A DNA stretch of 64,000 bases from an uncultured delta proteobacterium. GTDB taxonomy: Bacteria > Desulfobacterota > Desulfomonilia > UBA1062. Shown piece by piece: positions 10,625 through 22,796 of this stretch (position 1 is the first letter of the stretch; the number at the start of each line of letters is the position of its first letter). A model generated the notes under the pieces. That model searched no databases and was not told where the DNA came from. It saw only the letters and a program-made list of their open reading frames with translations. The translations under genes and the position numbers were made by a program. The stretch lies in the NCBI GenBank assembly GCA_963785235.1, contig CAWAUM010000001.1:32001-96000 (forward strand), in the 5' to 3' direction.

Positions 10625-11828
10625 ATGGGAGCACAGAAGGTAGTACTGGCATATTCAGGCGGTCTTGACACATCGGTTATCCTCAAGTGGCTCATTGACG
10701 AGTTCGGCTATGAGGTGATCTGTTTTGCTGCAGACGTGGGACAGGCCGAAGAACTTGACGGTCTGGAAGAAAAGGCCATGAAGACCGGCGCCAAAAAGAT
10801 CTATATCGAGGACCTCAGAGAGGAGTTCGTGAGGGACTACGTGTTTCCCGCCTACAGGGCCGATGTGGCCTATGAGGGGCTCTACCTCCTGGGCACCTCG
10901 CTTGCCAGGCCGCTCATTGCCAAACGCATGGTGGAGATTGCCAGGAAGGAGAAGGCCCATGCAGTGGCCCATGGCGCCACGGGCAAGGGAAACGACCAGG
11001 TCCGTTTTGAGCTGGGGGCCTGGGCGCTCTACCCGGGCATCAAGATAATCGCACCCTGGAAGATGGACGAGTGGAAGCTGACGTCCAGGGAGAAGATGAT
11101 CGACTATGCCAAGAAACACGGCATCCCTGTCCCGGTGACCAAGAAAAAACCCTACAGTATGGACCGGAACCTGCTGCACATCAGCTTCGAGGGCGGGATA
11201 CTGGAAGACCTCTGGAACGCGCCGGACGAGGATATGTTCGTGCTCTCCTGCTCCCCGGAAAAGGCACCGAACAAACCAACGGAAATCGTTGATGTCCTTT
11301 ATGAACGGCGACCCGGTCGCCATCGACGGCAAGAAGATGAGCCCTGCCAAACTGCTCGCCAGGCTCAATGAATTAGGCGGCGCCAACGGCATCGGCCGCG
11401 TTGATATCGTGGAGAACCGCTATGTGGGCATGAAGTCCCGCGGCGTGTACGAGACGCCGGGCGGCACCATCTTGAAGGCCGCGCACCGCGGCATGGAGCA
11501 GATCACCATGGACCGGGAAGTCATGCACCTGCGCGATGAGCTCATGCCACGATATGCCGCGCTCATCTATAACGGGTACTGGTTCTCTCCCGAGCGCGAG
11601 GTGCTCCAGACGCTTATCGACGAGACACAGAAGGGGGTCACCGGGGACGTGAGGCTCAAGCTCTATAAGGGCAACTGCACCGTCACGGGCAGGAGGTCGA
11701 AGAACTCTCTGTACAACCCCGAGATAGCGACCTTTGGTGAAGACGAAGTATACGACCAGAAGGATGCCGCGGGCTTCATCAAGCTCAATGCCCTGCGGCT
11801 CAAGGTGAGGGCTCAGGTTAAAAAATGA
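10625..11828 (+). CDS. argG: Argininosuccinate synthase (frameshift near 11290)
   Basis: [39 protein letters not shown]. Confidence 0.95.
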
Positions 11829-13220
11829 CTGACAAACCATGGTCCGGAAGGTTTCTGCAAGGCACCAACAAGCAGGTTGAGGAATTCACCGCCTCTGTAG
11901 ATGTCGACAGCAGGCTGTACGGGCAGGACATCGACGGCAGCATCGCCCATGCGCGTATGCTTCAATCATGCACCCTGATCACCGCTGTAGAGGCCGGGGC
12001 TATTATCGAGGGGCTTGAAGCCATCAGGGCGGATATCGAAAATGGGACCTTCCGAGTTCAGCCAGGCGCTGGAAGATGTCCACATGAACATCGAGACCGA
12101 GCTTACCAGAAGGATCGGGGAGGCGGGCAAGAAGCTCCATACTGCGCGCAGCAGGAACGACCAGGTGGCCACGGACTTCCGGCTGTATGTCCGTAAGGCG
12201 CTCTCCGACATGGCACAGGAACTCAAGGGTTTCATGGAGGCGCTGCTTAGAAAGGCCGAGGCGCATGTGGACACCATTATCCCGGGCATGACGCATCTTC
12301 AGCACGCCCAGCCGGTATCCCTTGCACATCATCTGCTCGCCTATTTCGAGATGGCCAGAAGGGATCATGAGCGCATTGCCCAGGCAATGAAGCGGGTCAA
12401 TGTCTCTCCTCTGGGCAGCGCTGCCCTGGCAGGCACACCGCACCCCATCGACCGGGAGCAGACAGCGAAAGATCTCGGATTTTCAGGTCCGTCCAGGAAT
12501 TCCATCGATGCCGTGAGCGACCGTGATTTTGCCATAGAGGCGGCCTTTGTCTGCAGTGTTATCATGATGCACCTGAGCAGGCTTGCTGAGGAGATCATCA
12601 TCTGGAACTCGCAGCCCTTTTCCTTTATTGAACTGAGCGATGCCTATTGCACGGGCAGCTCCATCATGCCCCAGAAGAAGAACCCGGATGTGGCGGAGCT
12701 GGTCAGGGGCAAGACGGGTGGTGTCTATGGGAACCTGATGTCACTGCTCATTATGATGAAAGGGCTGCCTCTGGCCTATAACCGGGATATGCAGGAAGAC
12801 AAGAAGCCACTGTTCGAGGCTCTCGATACGGCCGGCACGTCACTGCGGCTCATGGCAGGCCTTGTGGGCGGCATGAGCCCCAGGGCCGAATCCTTGAACA
12901 GTTCATTGCAGGATGGGTTCATCACTGCAACGGACATGGCCGACTATCTGGCAGCAAAGGGCTTGCCGTTCAGGGAGGCACACCGAATCACGGGCGAGAT
13001 CGTATCCATGCTTATAAGCACGCACAGGAGGTTCTCCGACCTTGAAATATCTGAGCTCAAGGCCTTCTGTGACCTGTTCGAAGCCGATGTGTTCGTAGTG
13101 CTTGACCCGGCATCCTCAATGGACAGGAGGACGAGCTATGGAGGCACGGCAAGGGATAATGTGCGCAAGGCCCTGAGGGAAGCCCGCCAGGCCCTGGAGT
13201 CACTGGCTCATGAGGATTAG
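11825..13220 (+). CDS. argH: Argininosuccinate lyase (frameshift near 12050)
   Basis: [27 protein letters not shown]. Confidence 0.95.
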
Positions 13221-13591
13221 GTCGCTCTTCATTACGGTCACTATCCTTATTGTCTTTTTGGGCTGCGGCAGGAAGATGCCGCCTTTGCCGCCCACGCTCC
13301 CTGACCCAGTGGAGATGGGCTCCATCGCCTTTGTCGGCCAGGAGGTTATTGCAAAGGCACAGTGCAATATGCAAGATGCCACGGTGCTGCTGCTGGGCAA
13401 ACCCAAGGGATTATGCCCCAACTGCACGGATGACCTTGTGGTAAAGCACAAGATCACACTTGAGAAGCCCGGTGAGGTCGTCCTGAAAGACCCTTCACCC
13501 GAATCCGACTATATGGTCTACCGTATCGCTGTCAGAACATGGTGCCACGAAATGGACCACGCCGGCGAGGATAGTGGTGAAAAAACAGTAA
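13210..13591 (+). CDS. Small lipoprotein (LppL/LptM-like N-terminus; frameshift near 13530)
   Basis: Lipobox FLGC followed by GRKMPPLPP; CPNC motif; sits between argH and lysA. Confidence 0.65.
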
Positions 13592-13627
13592 CAGGAATCC
13601 AATTATCAAAGGAAGGGACAGCTAACT

Positions 13628-14936
13628 ATGCATGATTTTGACTATGACAAGGCAGGGCAATTGTGCTGCGCTGAAGTGCCCCTTGAAAAGATCGCCCGCG
13701 AGATCGGCACACCGTACTACTGCTACAGCCTTCCCACCCTCAGGCGACATATCCAGGCCTTTGAGGAGCCGCTAGAAGGTATCGACCACCAGACATGCTT
13801 TGCCATGAAGGCAAATTCCAATCTGGCCATACTCACCCTCATGGCAAATCACGGCCTTGGTGCCGATGTAGTCTCGGGTGGCGAGCTCTTCCGGGCGCTC
13901 AAGGCAGGAATCCCTGCATCCAAGGTCGTCTACTCCGGGGTGGGTAAAACTACCGTTGAGATCGACATGGCCATCCAGGCCGGCATCATGATGTTCAATA
14001 TCGAGAGCGAGCAGGAACTGGAGGTCATCAATGAACGCGCCGGGGTCCTTGCACAAGAAGGCACCCATATCCATCAGGGTCAATCCGGATGTGGACCCCC
14101 AGACCCACCCCTATATCTCAACGGGCATGAAGCAGAACAAGTTCGGCATCGATATCGAGGGAACCCTTAAGCAGTACCTCAGGGCAAAAGATATGGAACA
14201 CCTTGAGATCGTGGGCATTGCCTGCCACATCGGCAGCCAGCTTACCGACATCAGCCCGTTCATCGATGCCATAGAAAGGCTCAAGGTTCTCATGGCGAAC
14301 ATCAAGGACCTTGGCATCGAGTTCAAATACCTCGACCTGGGAGGAGGCCTGGGCATCACCTATTCATCCGAGCATCCGCCTCACCCCAAGGAATACGGCG
14401 CTGCCATCATCGATGCGGTCAGGGGTCTGAACATCAAGCTGATCTTCGAGCCGGGCCGGGTAATCGTGGGGAATGCGGGTGTTATGGTGACCCGGGTGCT
14501 TTACCGCAAGGAGGCGGACAAGAAGACATTCATCATCGTGGATGCGGGCATGAATGATCTTATCCGCCCGGCGCTGTACGGCGCTTACCACGATATAAAG
14601 CCCCTTGTGGCAGGAAACGGCCCGACCGAGAAGGCCGACGTGGTGGGGCCCATCTGCGAGTCAAGCGATTTTCTGGCAAAAGACCGGGATCTGCCGCATC
14701 TATCAAGGGGCGACCTCATCGCGGTGATGAGCGCCGGGGCCTATGGTTTTACCATGGCCTCCAATTACAACTCCCGTCCCAAACCGCCGGAGGTTTTGGT
14801 AGATGGTCAAAACTATTCTGTGGTAATACACAGGCAGTCTTATGAAGATCTCATCGCGGGGGAGTCCGTCCCCGACGGTCTGGTCTACGCAAAGGGAGGA
14901 GAACGATGTTTTCAGGTGCGATCGTCGCCATTGTAA
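13628..14936 (+). CDS. lysA: Diaminopimelate decarboxylase (frameshift near 14045)
   Basis: FAMKANSN, DVVSGGE, HIGSQ, EPGR, GPICES, MASNYN. Confidence 0.95.
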
Positions 14937-15786
14937 CACCCTTTAAGGACGGCATGGTTGACGAGAAGGCGTATAGAGAGCTGATCAATTTCGTCATTGA
15001 CAGGCGGGGTATCGGGCATCGTGCCCTGTGGCACCACCGGGAGAGTCAGCCACCTTGTCCCATAAAGAGCACAAGCAGGTTATCGACATCACGGTGGATG
15101 AAGTGGGCAAACGGGTCCCGGTCATTGCCGGGCACCGGCTCCAACTCGACGACTGAGGCCATCCGCCTCACCAAGCATGCCAAGGAAGCCGGGGCCGATG
15201 CGGCGCTGCTCATCACCCCCTATTACAACAAGCCCACCCAGAGGGGGCTTGTTGAACACTACAAGGCGGTTGCCTCCGCATGTGACATCCCGCAGCATCC
15301 TCTACAACGTTCCGGGAAGGACCGGGGTGAACATGAGCAGCTGAAACCGTTGTGGAATTATCCAAGATAGACAACATCGTCGGCATCAAGGAGGCGAGCG
15401 GAGACCTGGTGAAGTGCTCCCAGATCGTTCGTGACACTGCGGATGATTTCTGCGTGCTCTCGGGTGAAGATGCCCTGAATTACCCCATTTTGTGCTGCGG
15501 CGGGGTCGGCGCCATATCCGTTACGGCAAACGTTTTGCCGGACAGGGTCTCGGCCCTGTGTGCGGCATGGGATTCCCTTGATATACCAACGGCTTTGAAG
15601 ATCCACCTGGAGCTTCTGGAAATCAACCAGGCCCTGTTTATGGAAACCAACCCCATCCCGGTAAAGACCGCACTGGCCATGATGGGAATGATGCACGAGG
15701 AATTCAAACTGCCCCTGTGCCCCATGGGTGGCGCCAATAAGAAGATGCTTGCCTCGGTGCTCAAGCGCTACGGATGCATCAGTTAA
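14906..15786 (+). CDS. dapA: 4-hydroxy-tetrahydrodipicolinate synthase (several frameshifts)
   Basis: [35 protein letters not shown] across frames. Confidence 0.92.
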
Positions 15787-15802
15787 CCCCTGGAGGTTTC
15801 CC

Positions 15803-16619
15803 ATGATCAAGACCGGCGTTGTGGGGTTTGGCGGGAGGATGGGTACGCTCATTGCGCGGACAATCCTGGATAATCCTGACTTTGCCCTGGAAGGAGCACT
15901 GGAAGACAAGGCCCACCCGGTTATCGGCAAAGATGCGGGTGAAGTGCTTGGATATCCAAAGGCCGGAATACAAGCGACTTCCGTGATAGCAGATGCCTTT
16001 GCCGCCTGTGACTGCATTATCGATTTCACCTTCCCCGAGGTCACGCTTAAGGTTTGTTCGTATGCGGCCGGGAACAACAAGGCCATGGTGATCGGGTCCA
16101 CAGGGTTTACTGGTGAACAGAAAGAGAAGATCGCACTTGTTTGCATCAAAGATACCCATTGTGCTTTCACCGAACATGAGCATCGGGGTCAATATGCTTC
16201 TCAAGATCGTGAGCATGGTGGCCGGTCTTCTGGATGAAAGCTATGACGCGGAGATTGTGGAGGCGCACCACAGGCTCAAAAAGGATGCGCCATCAGGCAC
16301 TGCACTGGCGCTGGCTCAGGCCGTGGCCAGGGGAAGGGGCATCGAACTGGACAGCCATGCCCGGTATGAACGCCACGGCATAATCGGGGTCAGGCCCACA
16401 GGCGAGATCGGCATCCAGACCGTCCGCGCAGGAGACATCGTGGGAGAGCACATGGTCATGTTTGCAGGCCCTGGCGAGCGCATCGAGATCACCCACAAGG
16501 CCCAGAGCCGCGAAAACTTTGCCCGTGGGGCCATAAAGGCCGCGGCGTGGGTTATGGGCAAACAGCCGGGCCTTTACTCCATGATGGATGTCCTGGGTAT
16601 CAGCTATGAAGATCGGTAG
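15803..16619 (+). CDS. dapB: 4-hydroxy-tetrahydrodipicolinate reductase (frameshift near 16135)
   Basis: GFGGRMG, IDFT, EAHHRLKKDAPSGTA, GDIVGEH. Confidence 0.95.
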
Positions 16620-17351
16620 AGGAGTAGCATCATCCGGGGCGCACCACCTGGTATTGCACGGATGACGGACGTGACATTCAGCCAGTGGAATCCGGACACC
16701 TCGGAAAAGGGCCGCGCGATCACGATCACCAAGCTCCTGGCACCGGCATTGCCGGGCAAGATCATTGCCGTGGGGCTGAACTACCGGGACCATGCCCTGG
16801 AGATGGGGCTTGTATTGCCGGCTGAACCCATTGTCTTCATGAAGCCCTCAACATCCGTCATAGGCCCCGGTGATGAGATCATCTACCCTGACCAGTCCAG
16901 CCGAGTTGATTATGAGGCGGAACTGGCCGTGGTCATCTCCAAGAAATGCAGGAATGTTCGAGTTCATGAGGCCGGCGATGTCATCCTTGGGTATACGTGC
17001 TTGAACGATGTCACAGCCAGGGACCTGCAGGTAAAGGATGGCCAGTGGACACGCGCCAAATCCTTTGACACCTTTGCCCCCCTTGGTCCGTGGATTGTTA
17101 CGGATATTGCAGACCCGAATAACCTTGCCATAACATCGCGCCTGAACGGTGAGATCAAACAGTCATCAAACACGAATAACCTCATCTTCAATGTATTCGA
17201 ACTCATCGAATTTATCTCATCGGTCATGACCCTGGAAAAATGGGACATCATTGCCACGGGAACGCCCGCCGGAATCGGCCCCATGGTCAGGGGGGACGAG
17301 ATCGAGATAGCCATCGAGGGTATCGGGGCCTTGACAAACCGCGTTGCATGA
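16606..17351 (+). CDS. Fumarylacetoacetate hydrolase family protein (5' end frameshifted)
   Basis: [37 protein letters not shown]. Confidence 0.88.
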
Positions 17352-17833
17352 TGCGAGGATTTCTTTCTCTCGGGTCAAACCTCGGTGACAGGGAGGCTTA
17401 TCTTAAAGAGGCGTTATCACACCTTGCAACGTGCGGTGCCCAGATCATAAAGGCCTCACGCATCTATGAGACAGTCCCGGTGGAGGTGGCATCAGGGCAG
17501 GGCAACTATCTCAACATGGTTGTAGAGGTTGCCTTTGAGGGGGAACCCATGGAGCTGCTGGATCTTTGTCAAAGGGTGGAAGATACTCTGGGAAGGGTAA
17601 GGCCATACACAAATGCCCCCAGGACTATTGACATAGACATCCTCCTCATCCATGATATGATCCTTGATCAGGGACGCCTTATCTTGCCGCATCCGAGGAT
17701 GGAAAACAGGGCATTTGTGATCTTCCCCCTTGCAGAAATCGCCCCTGACCTTATTCTTCCATCCGGGAGGACAGTTGCGCAGGTCAAGAAAAACTCTAAA
17801 AATGACGAGATAATCAGGATTCGGGATTTGTAA
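17348..17833 (+). CDS. folK: 2-amino-4-hydroxy-6-hydroxymethyldihydropteridine diphosphokinase
   Basis: [31 protein letters not shown]. Confidence 0.95.
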   Translation: MMRGFLSLGSNLGDREAYLKEALSHLATCGAQIIKASRIYETVPVEVASGQGNYLNMVVEVAFEGEPMELLDLCQRVEDTLGRVRPYTNAPRTIDIDILLIHDMILDQGRLILPHPRMENRAFVIFPLAEIAPDLILPSGRTVAQVKKNSKNDEIIRIRDL

Positions 17834-17834
17834 G

Positions 17835-19334
17835 ATGGATGAGACCACACCTCATAAGCTGAAGATCATGATTGCCGACGATAACCGTGACCTCAACGAG
17901 GCCATGCGGGAGATGTTCATTGAGCACGGCTTTGACGTTGTGCAGGCATACGACGGCGAGGAGGCCTTTGATCTCTATTCCCAGGAGAAGCCCGATCTTA
18001 CGTTCCTTGACTACCTCATGCCCAAGATGGACGGGGTCGATGTCCTTGAAGAGGTCATGACCATAGATCCTGATGCCCTGGTGGTGTTTATCACCGGCGA
18101 GGGGTCCGAGGACACGGCGGTCCAGGCCATGAAGGCCGGGGCAAAGGACTACGTCACCAAGCCCTTTTCCATGCAGTACCTTGTGCATATCGCAAAAAAG
18201 CTCATCAACGAGCATGCGCTGCAGCTTGATAACATCCGCCTGCGGGCCAGGGGTGATGCCTATAAGGATTATATGGTCACCATTACCGAGACCATGGGTG
18301 AGGCGGTTATCACTATCGATGCCAAAGGGACTGTTCAGTTCATGAATCACATGGCCCACAAGCTCTGGGGATCGCTTGAAGATATGAAAAACAAGCCCGT
18401 GGATGTGCTCATTCCGGACCCGAGCGTAGATGTCTTTGCGGATATCAGACAGGCATCCCTACAAGGGGATGAATGCTTCCAGAGTGAGTATACCTTCCGC
18501 AAGGCCGATGGCGGGATTTTTTCAGGGCTGCTGAGCGCTTCAACCCTGAAGAGCGAGCAGTATGCGAACAACATAGTGCTGGTTATACGGGATCTCACCG
18601 ACATCGAGATGATGCGCAGGCAGGTCATCAACGCCGAAAAGCTGGCTTCATTGGGCAAGGTGGTCGAGGGTGTCGCACATGAAATAAGGAATTCGCTGAC
18701 ATCGCTGGGGGGGTTCTCCAGACGCCTGAGCAAGTCGGTTGACCAGAACTGTGCCGAAAAGGTGTACGTGGACTACATCATCGAGGACGTCAAGAGACTG
18801 GAGGCCATGATCCTGGATATCGAAGAATATGTGAATTACACCAAGATCCACAGGCCTAACTTCTCCATGACCCATATAGAAGACATTATCAATGATGCCC
18901 TTATCAAGAGCTTCGGGCCAGGGAAATTCAGCGGCGTGGCATATGAGGTGAATGTACCCCAGGGCCTTGAAGAGATCTATGCGGACCACGATTTTCTGGT
19001 TGAGGCCTTCTGGCACCTTTTTGTGAACGCATGCGAATCCATGGAAGGGAAGGGCTCGCTGGTAGTAAGTATAAGCCTTCACCCCCATTATTTAATCGTA
19101 GATGTAATTGATTCGGGTAAGGGTATTCCCAGCGACGAGATCAAGGATATCTTCAATCCTTTTTATACCAGTAAGTCCCGCGGTGCGGGCCTTGGCCTTT
19201 CAAAGGTGTACATGATTATCGAGGAGCATGGGGGCTTCATCACCGTGAACAGCTCGGTGAACCAGGGGACAAGGATGAGGGTCTTCCTCTCCCGGAGACG
19301 AGGGATAAAGCCTCTTGCACCACAAGACACTTGA
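17835..19334 (+). CDS. Hybrid signal protein: REC-PAS-HisKA-HATPase
   Basis: IADD/LDYLMP/KPF receiver; PAS domain; AHEIRNSL; DSGKGI, FNPFYTSK, GAGLGL. Confidence 0.9.
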   Translation: MDETTPHKLKIMIADDNRDLNEAMREMFIEHGFDVVQAYDGEEAFDLYSQEKPDLTFLDYLMPKMDGVDVLEEVMTIDPDALVVFITGEGSEDTAVQAMKAGAKDYVTKPFSMQYLVHIAKKLINEHALQLDNIRLRARGDAYKDYMVTITETMGEAVITIDAKGTVQFMNHMAHKLWGSLEDMKNKPVDVLIPDPSVDVFADIRQASLQGDECFQSEYTFRKADGGIFSGLLSASTLKSEQYANNIVLVIRDLTDIEMMRRQVINAEKLASLGKVVEGVAHEIRNSLTSLGGFSRRLSKSVDQNCAEKVYVDYIIEDVKRLEAMILDIEEYVNYTKIHRPNFSMTHIEDIINDALIKSFGPGKFSGVAYEVNVPQGLEEIYADHDFLVEAFWHLFVNACESMEGKGSLVVSISLHPHYLIVDVIDSGKGIPSDEIKDIFNPFYTSKSRGAGLGLSKVYMIIEEHGGFITVNSSVNQGTRMRVFLSRRRGIKPLAPQDT

Positions 19335-19402
19335 AATGAAGTTCATGTGTCGGGTATAGTAATTCAAGTACAATAATGAAATATTTGAATAAATTATTCT
19401 AA

Positions 19403-20047
19403 ATGACGATAAAGACAATTATGAATACCAGGACATTAGTTTTACTTTGCGCTGTTGCGAGCATTTTTATGTGGGCGATCCCAGGCCACGCCGATATCTT
19501 CATGAGGCGCGGGCCTGACGGCACGATGCATTTCAGCAATTGCCCCATGGGGGCCGATTGGAAGCTCTATGCCAAGGAGAAGGCGAGAAAGAATCAATAT
19601 CCCCAATATCCACAGTATGCGCAATCGCACTATGCCGCTAAGAAATACTCCAAGACACAGTATGACAGTATCATTGGCGCTATTGCCAGAGGGCAGGGTG
19701 TGAGCCCTACACTCATCAAGAGTGTCATCGAGGTGGAGTCGGGCTACGACCACATGGCCAGATCCTCCAAGGGAGCTATGGGCCTTATGCAGCTCATGCC
19801 CGGAACAGCCCAGGACCTTGGTGTTTCAGACCCGTGGAACCCCACGGAGAACATCACAGCGGGAACGAAGTATCTTTCCTGGTTGATCAGAAAATACGAT
19901 GGAAATCTCATGAAGGCACTGGCCGCCTACAACGCCGGACCGAATGCGGTGGACACCTATGGTGGAATTCCACCCTACCAAGAGACAACCAATTATGTTA
20001 GAAGTGTCCTTGCAAGATTAAATGGGGGAGGCTATGCTGGGGAATGA
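19403..20047 (+). CDS. Lytic transglycosylase (SLT) with N-terminal DUF4124-like segment
   Basis: [26 protein letters not shown]; signal peptide. Confidence 0.9.
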   Translation: MTIKTIMNTRTLVLLCAVASIFMWAIPGHADIFMRRGPDGTMHFSNCPMGADWKLYAKEKARKNQYPQYPQYAQSHYAAKKYSKTQYDSIIGAIARGQGVSPTLIKSVIEVESGYDHMARSSKGAMGLMQLMPGTAQDLGVSDPWNPTENITAGTKYLSWLIRKYDGNLMKALAAYNAGPNAVDTYGGIPPYQETTNYVRSVLARLNGGGYAGE

Positions 20048-20577
20048 ATATATCAAATGCACTGACCGTCTCGCGGATCTTCATGGTCCCGGTCATTGCG
20101 TTGCTGCTCATCCATGACAGCCTTATAAAATCCCTCATTGCCGCAAGTATCTTCGTGGTGGCCGTGATCACCGATTATCTCGACGGGTATTTTGCCAGAA
20201 AATACCATCAGGAATCAGACTTAGGCAAGCTGCTGGACCCTTTAGCGGACAAATTCCTCATGGGCACCATCTTGATCATGCTCATTCCATTGCAGAGGAT
20301 TCCGGCCTGGATAGTAGCCCTCATCATAGCCCGCGAGCTTGCTGTGACAGGGTTGCGCAGTATTGCTGCGGAGAAGAGAATTATCATTGCAGCGGATTGG
20401 CTGGGTAAATACAAGACTGCATTCCAGTGCACCGCGCTTATTCCCCTGATTGTACATTATCCGATCCTTGGATTGCAGTTTCAACTTGCAGGTGATTTTT
20501 TTGTGTGGATAGCGCTGTACTTTACCCTCTGGTCGGGTGTGGAGTACTTCATCAATTATTACAAGGCAACCGCCTGA
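20044..20577 (+). CDS. pgsA: CDP-diacylglycerol--glycerol-3-phosphate 3-phosphatidyltransferase
   Basis: [34 protein letters not shown]. Confidence 0.93.
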   Translation: MNISNALTVSRIFMVPVIALLLIHDSLIKSLIAASIFVVAVITDYLDGYFARKYHQESDLGKLLDPLADKFLMGTILIMLIPLQRIPAWIVALIIARELAVTGLRSIAAEKRIIIAADWLGKYKTAFQCTALIPLIVHYPILGLQFQLAGDFFVWIALYFTLWSGVEYFINYYKATA

Positions 20578-20629
20578 GCTCAGACCTCACGCGTCCCCCT
20601 TGCGTGAAGGCTAACCTGCCGATTTTTTC

Positions 20630-20842
20630 TTAGCTGTTTTTTGTTGTGAAAAAACCGAGCTGTGTATAGAGCGGACACACCCCTGAAGTTGCACTTGAAA
20701 GCAGCATACCTCCGGCAATTAATGCAATGGCTGAGATGAACGACACCTTGCCTCTCATGAGGAGGAATATAAGGATAATGACCGCAATGCCTACACGCAC
20801 GAATCTGTCGATGGTCCCGACATTCTGCTCAAAGGATTCCAT
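20630..20842 (-). CDS. DUF2892/YgaP-type small membrane protein
   Basis: NVGTIDRFVR...GVCPLY..LG; GGAGG RBS. Confidence 0.8.
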   Translation of the reverse strand: MESFEQNVGTIDRFVRVGIAVIILIFLLMRGKVSFISAIALIAGGMLLSSATSGVCPLYTQLGFFTTKNS

Positions 20843-20962
20843 GAAGTACCTCCGCGTTGATCTTAAGGCCATATTCTCTCTTGAAAACATGATTCTGTCA
20901 ACATGCCGGTATTGAATCTGCTAGATAAAACCATTATGATATTAAGAAGAGGAGATAAGACC

Positions 20963-21217
20963 ATGACGAGTAAAGCAATAAAGATCTATACATTAAGCAC
21001 CTGTAGCCATTGCAAGGCCGCAAAAAAGTTCCTGAGTGATCTGAGGGTGCAGTATGACTGCATCGATGTGGATCTGCTCGATGCCGAAGACAAGGCCACA
21101 GCTCTTGACGAAGTGAGAAAGTACAACCCGAAATTGACATTCCCAACAATCCTGTGCGGAGACAAGGTCATCATCGGTTTCCAGGACCGTGAGATCAAGG
21201 AGGCTCTGGGTCTATGA
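20963..21217 (+). CDS. Glutaredoxin
   Basis: YTLSTCSHC, TFPT, IIGF. Confidence 0.9.
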   Translation: MTSKAIKIYTLSTCSHCKAAKKFLSDLRVQYDCIDVDLLDAEDKATALDEVRKYNPKLTFPTILCGDKVIIGFQDREIKEALGL

Positions 21218-21546
21218 ACGAAGCGGAAAAGCTCTATGAAATGCTGAAAAAGGTCCAGGAGCCGAAGGGATACTTTTTCAACAAAGATAAAGAGAGGGTA
21301 TTTGACCTGATCGATGCGCTGCTTATCAACAAGAACCGCTATGGCTATATGTGCTGCCCGTGCAGGCTTGCTTCAGGTGATAAGGAAAAAGACCGCGACA
21401 TTATCTGCCCGTGCGTATACCGGGTGGCGGATGTTGAGGAATTCGGCAGCTGTTACTGCAATCTCTATGTCTCTTCCGATTGGAATGAGGGGAAGATCAC
21501 TGAAAGCTACATCCCTGAACGCAGATCGGCTGATAAGTATTTGTAG
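21214..21546 (+). CDS. Ferredoxin:thioredoxin reductase catalytic subunit-like
   Basis: CPCR, CPC, CYCNLY motif triad; ATGA overlap with the glutaredoxin gene. Confidence 0.9.
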   Translation: MNEAEKLYEMLKKVQEPKGYFFNKDKERVFDLIDALLINKNRYGYMCCPCRLASGDKEKDRDIICPCVYRVADVEEFGSCYCNLYVSSDWNEGKITESYIPERRSADKYL

Positions 21547-21608
21547 GATAGCACTGTTTCTCTCATATATCAGGGGGAATCCGCAGAAAACAAGGACCAT
21601 GATCAGTG

Positions 21609-22616
21609 CTAGTTTCTCCCGTATATGTGCGGCCTCTTGAACCGGTAGAAATCATCCTTTTCCTCGAGTTCGATGGTCTTTGCCTCATCATCGAAGTACT
21701 GCTCCCTGAGCGCCTTGAGTTTCTCTTCTTGTTCCTGACCAGTGTACTGCTGAACAACAGCCTCGCGCTCCTTCATATACTGCAGGCCGGATTCCCAGCG
21801 CTGTTCATTATCTGCATCACGTTTTGCCATCGACTCAAGTTGCTTCTCCGTGAGCCCCATTTTCTTGCGGATTCTGTTTATCTCCTGCTGGCGTTGATCA
21901 GGGCTCATCTGTTTCAGTTCATTCTGTACAGAGTCAATGCTGAAAAATACCTTTGTCAGGAGATGATCCTGATCCAGGATAAATTTTTCCGGGGTACCCT
22001 CATACGCCTCACGGAGTGTGCCCTGGTACACTTCGACCTTCTCATCCATGGTCGTATCGTCGGAATGATTCAGGTAGGCTAACGTATCCTGTACCTTTGC
22101 CTTTCTTGCTTCTGTTGCCAGTTGCTCGCCTGTCCAGATTTTCTGAGCATCCTCGCCGAAGAGTTCTCTCCTCTTTTTTTCTAAGGCGGCAAGCCTCTCA
22201 GTGGCAGTCATTTGAGAAAGCATGGTTTTATTTTCCTGAAGCCAGAGGTCATACTGGTCCAGTTTGTCCAACGTGTTCATGATTGCATCGGCTTGATCAG
22301 GAAATGCCCGCTTAAGCAAAGCATAAAACAGGGCCTTCCCCTTGTCCGGTTTGGACCGCATGATGGAGTTTCTTATATCGAGAAGGCCTGCCTGGGTGCT
22401 TTTATCCGAGATCGTTTTTCCATAGTACTTCTTGAGTTCATTGACGAACTGGTTACTTAAAGGATCCTGTGCACCAAGAGGTGTTTCCCCGATCTCTTTG
22501 GGGAATTGATTATGATCAGGCCTGGGATCTGAATCATGTATGAGAAAGAAAACGATCACCGAGACGATGGCGGCTGTGCCGAGCACTATGCCAGATATTT
22601 TCAATTTTCTATTCAT
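21609..22616 (-). CDS. Membrane-anchored helical protein, lipase chaperone (Lif)-like
   Basis: N-terminal TM anchor, RRELFGEDA, and a C-terminal RW..Y..ER.....L..LR..YF pattern like lipase foldases; follows a lipase gene. Confidence 0.6.
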   Translation of the reverse strand: MNRKLKISGIVLGTAAIVSVIVFFLIHDSDPRPDHNQFPKEIGETPLGAQDPLSNQFVNELKKYYGKTISDKSTQAGLLDIRNSIMRSKPDKGKALFYALLKRAFPDQADAIMNTLDKLDQYDLWLQENKTMLSQMTATERLAALEKKRRELFGEDAQKIWTGEQLATEARKAKVQDTLAYLNHSDDTTMDEKVEVYQGTLREAYEGTPEKFILDQDHLLTKVFFSIDSVQNELKQMSPDQRQQEINRIRKKMGLTEKQLESMAKRDADNEQRWESGLQYMKEREAVVQQYTGQEQEEKLKALREQYFDDEAKTIELEEKDDFYRFKRPHIYGRN

Positions 22617-22796
22617 GTTTACGGGTATCTCCGACACTTTGTTATATATCAACCCAGGCTTGTATCAAAGTGAAAGTTCATGAACTCTATGCTGGAATGA
22701 GCAGGGAACGTAAACCATTGTTTGCATCCAGGCAGATGAATGCAATATGGGAGCGGCCACGGAGGCTTTTCAAAGGCCACCGTGACCGCTGGTTCT

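Noticed and set aside
20578-20630. tRNA cluster often found after pgsA
   Set aside because: Only a short hairpin (TCACGC..GCGTGA) is present; no T-loop or D-loop consensus.
20963-21546. Selenocysteine in the glutaredoxin/FTR pair or other redox genes
   Set aside because: All redox motifs are Cys-encoded; I saw no in-frame TGA at conserved Cys positions.
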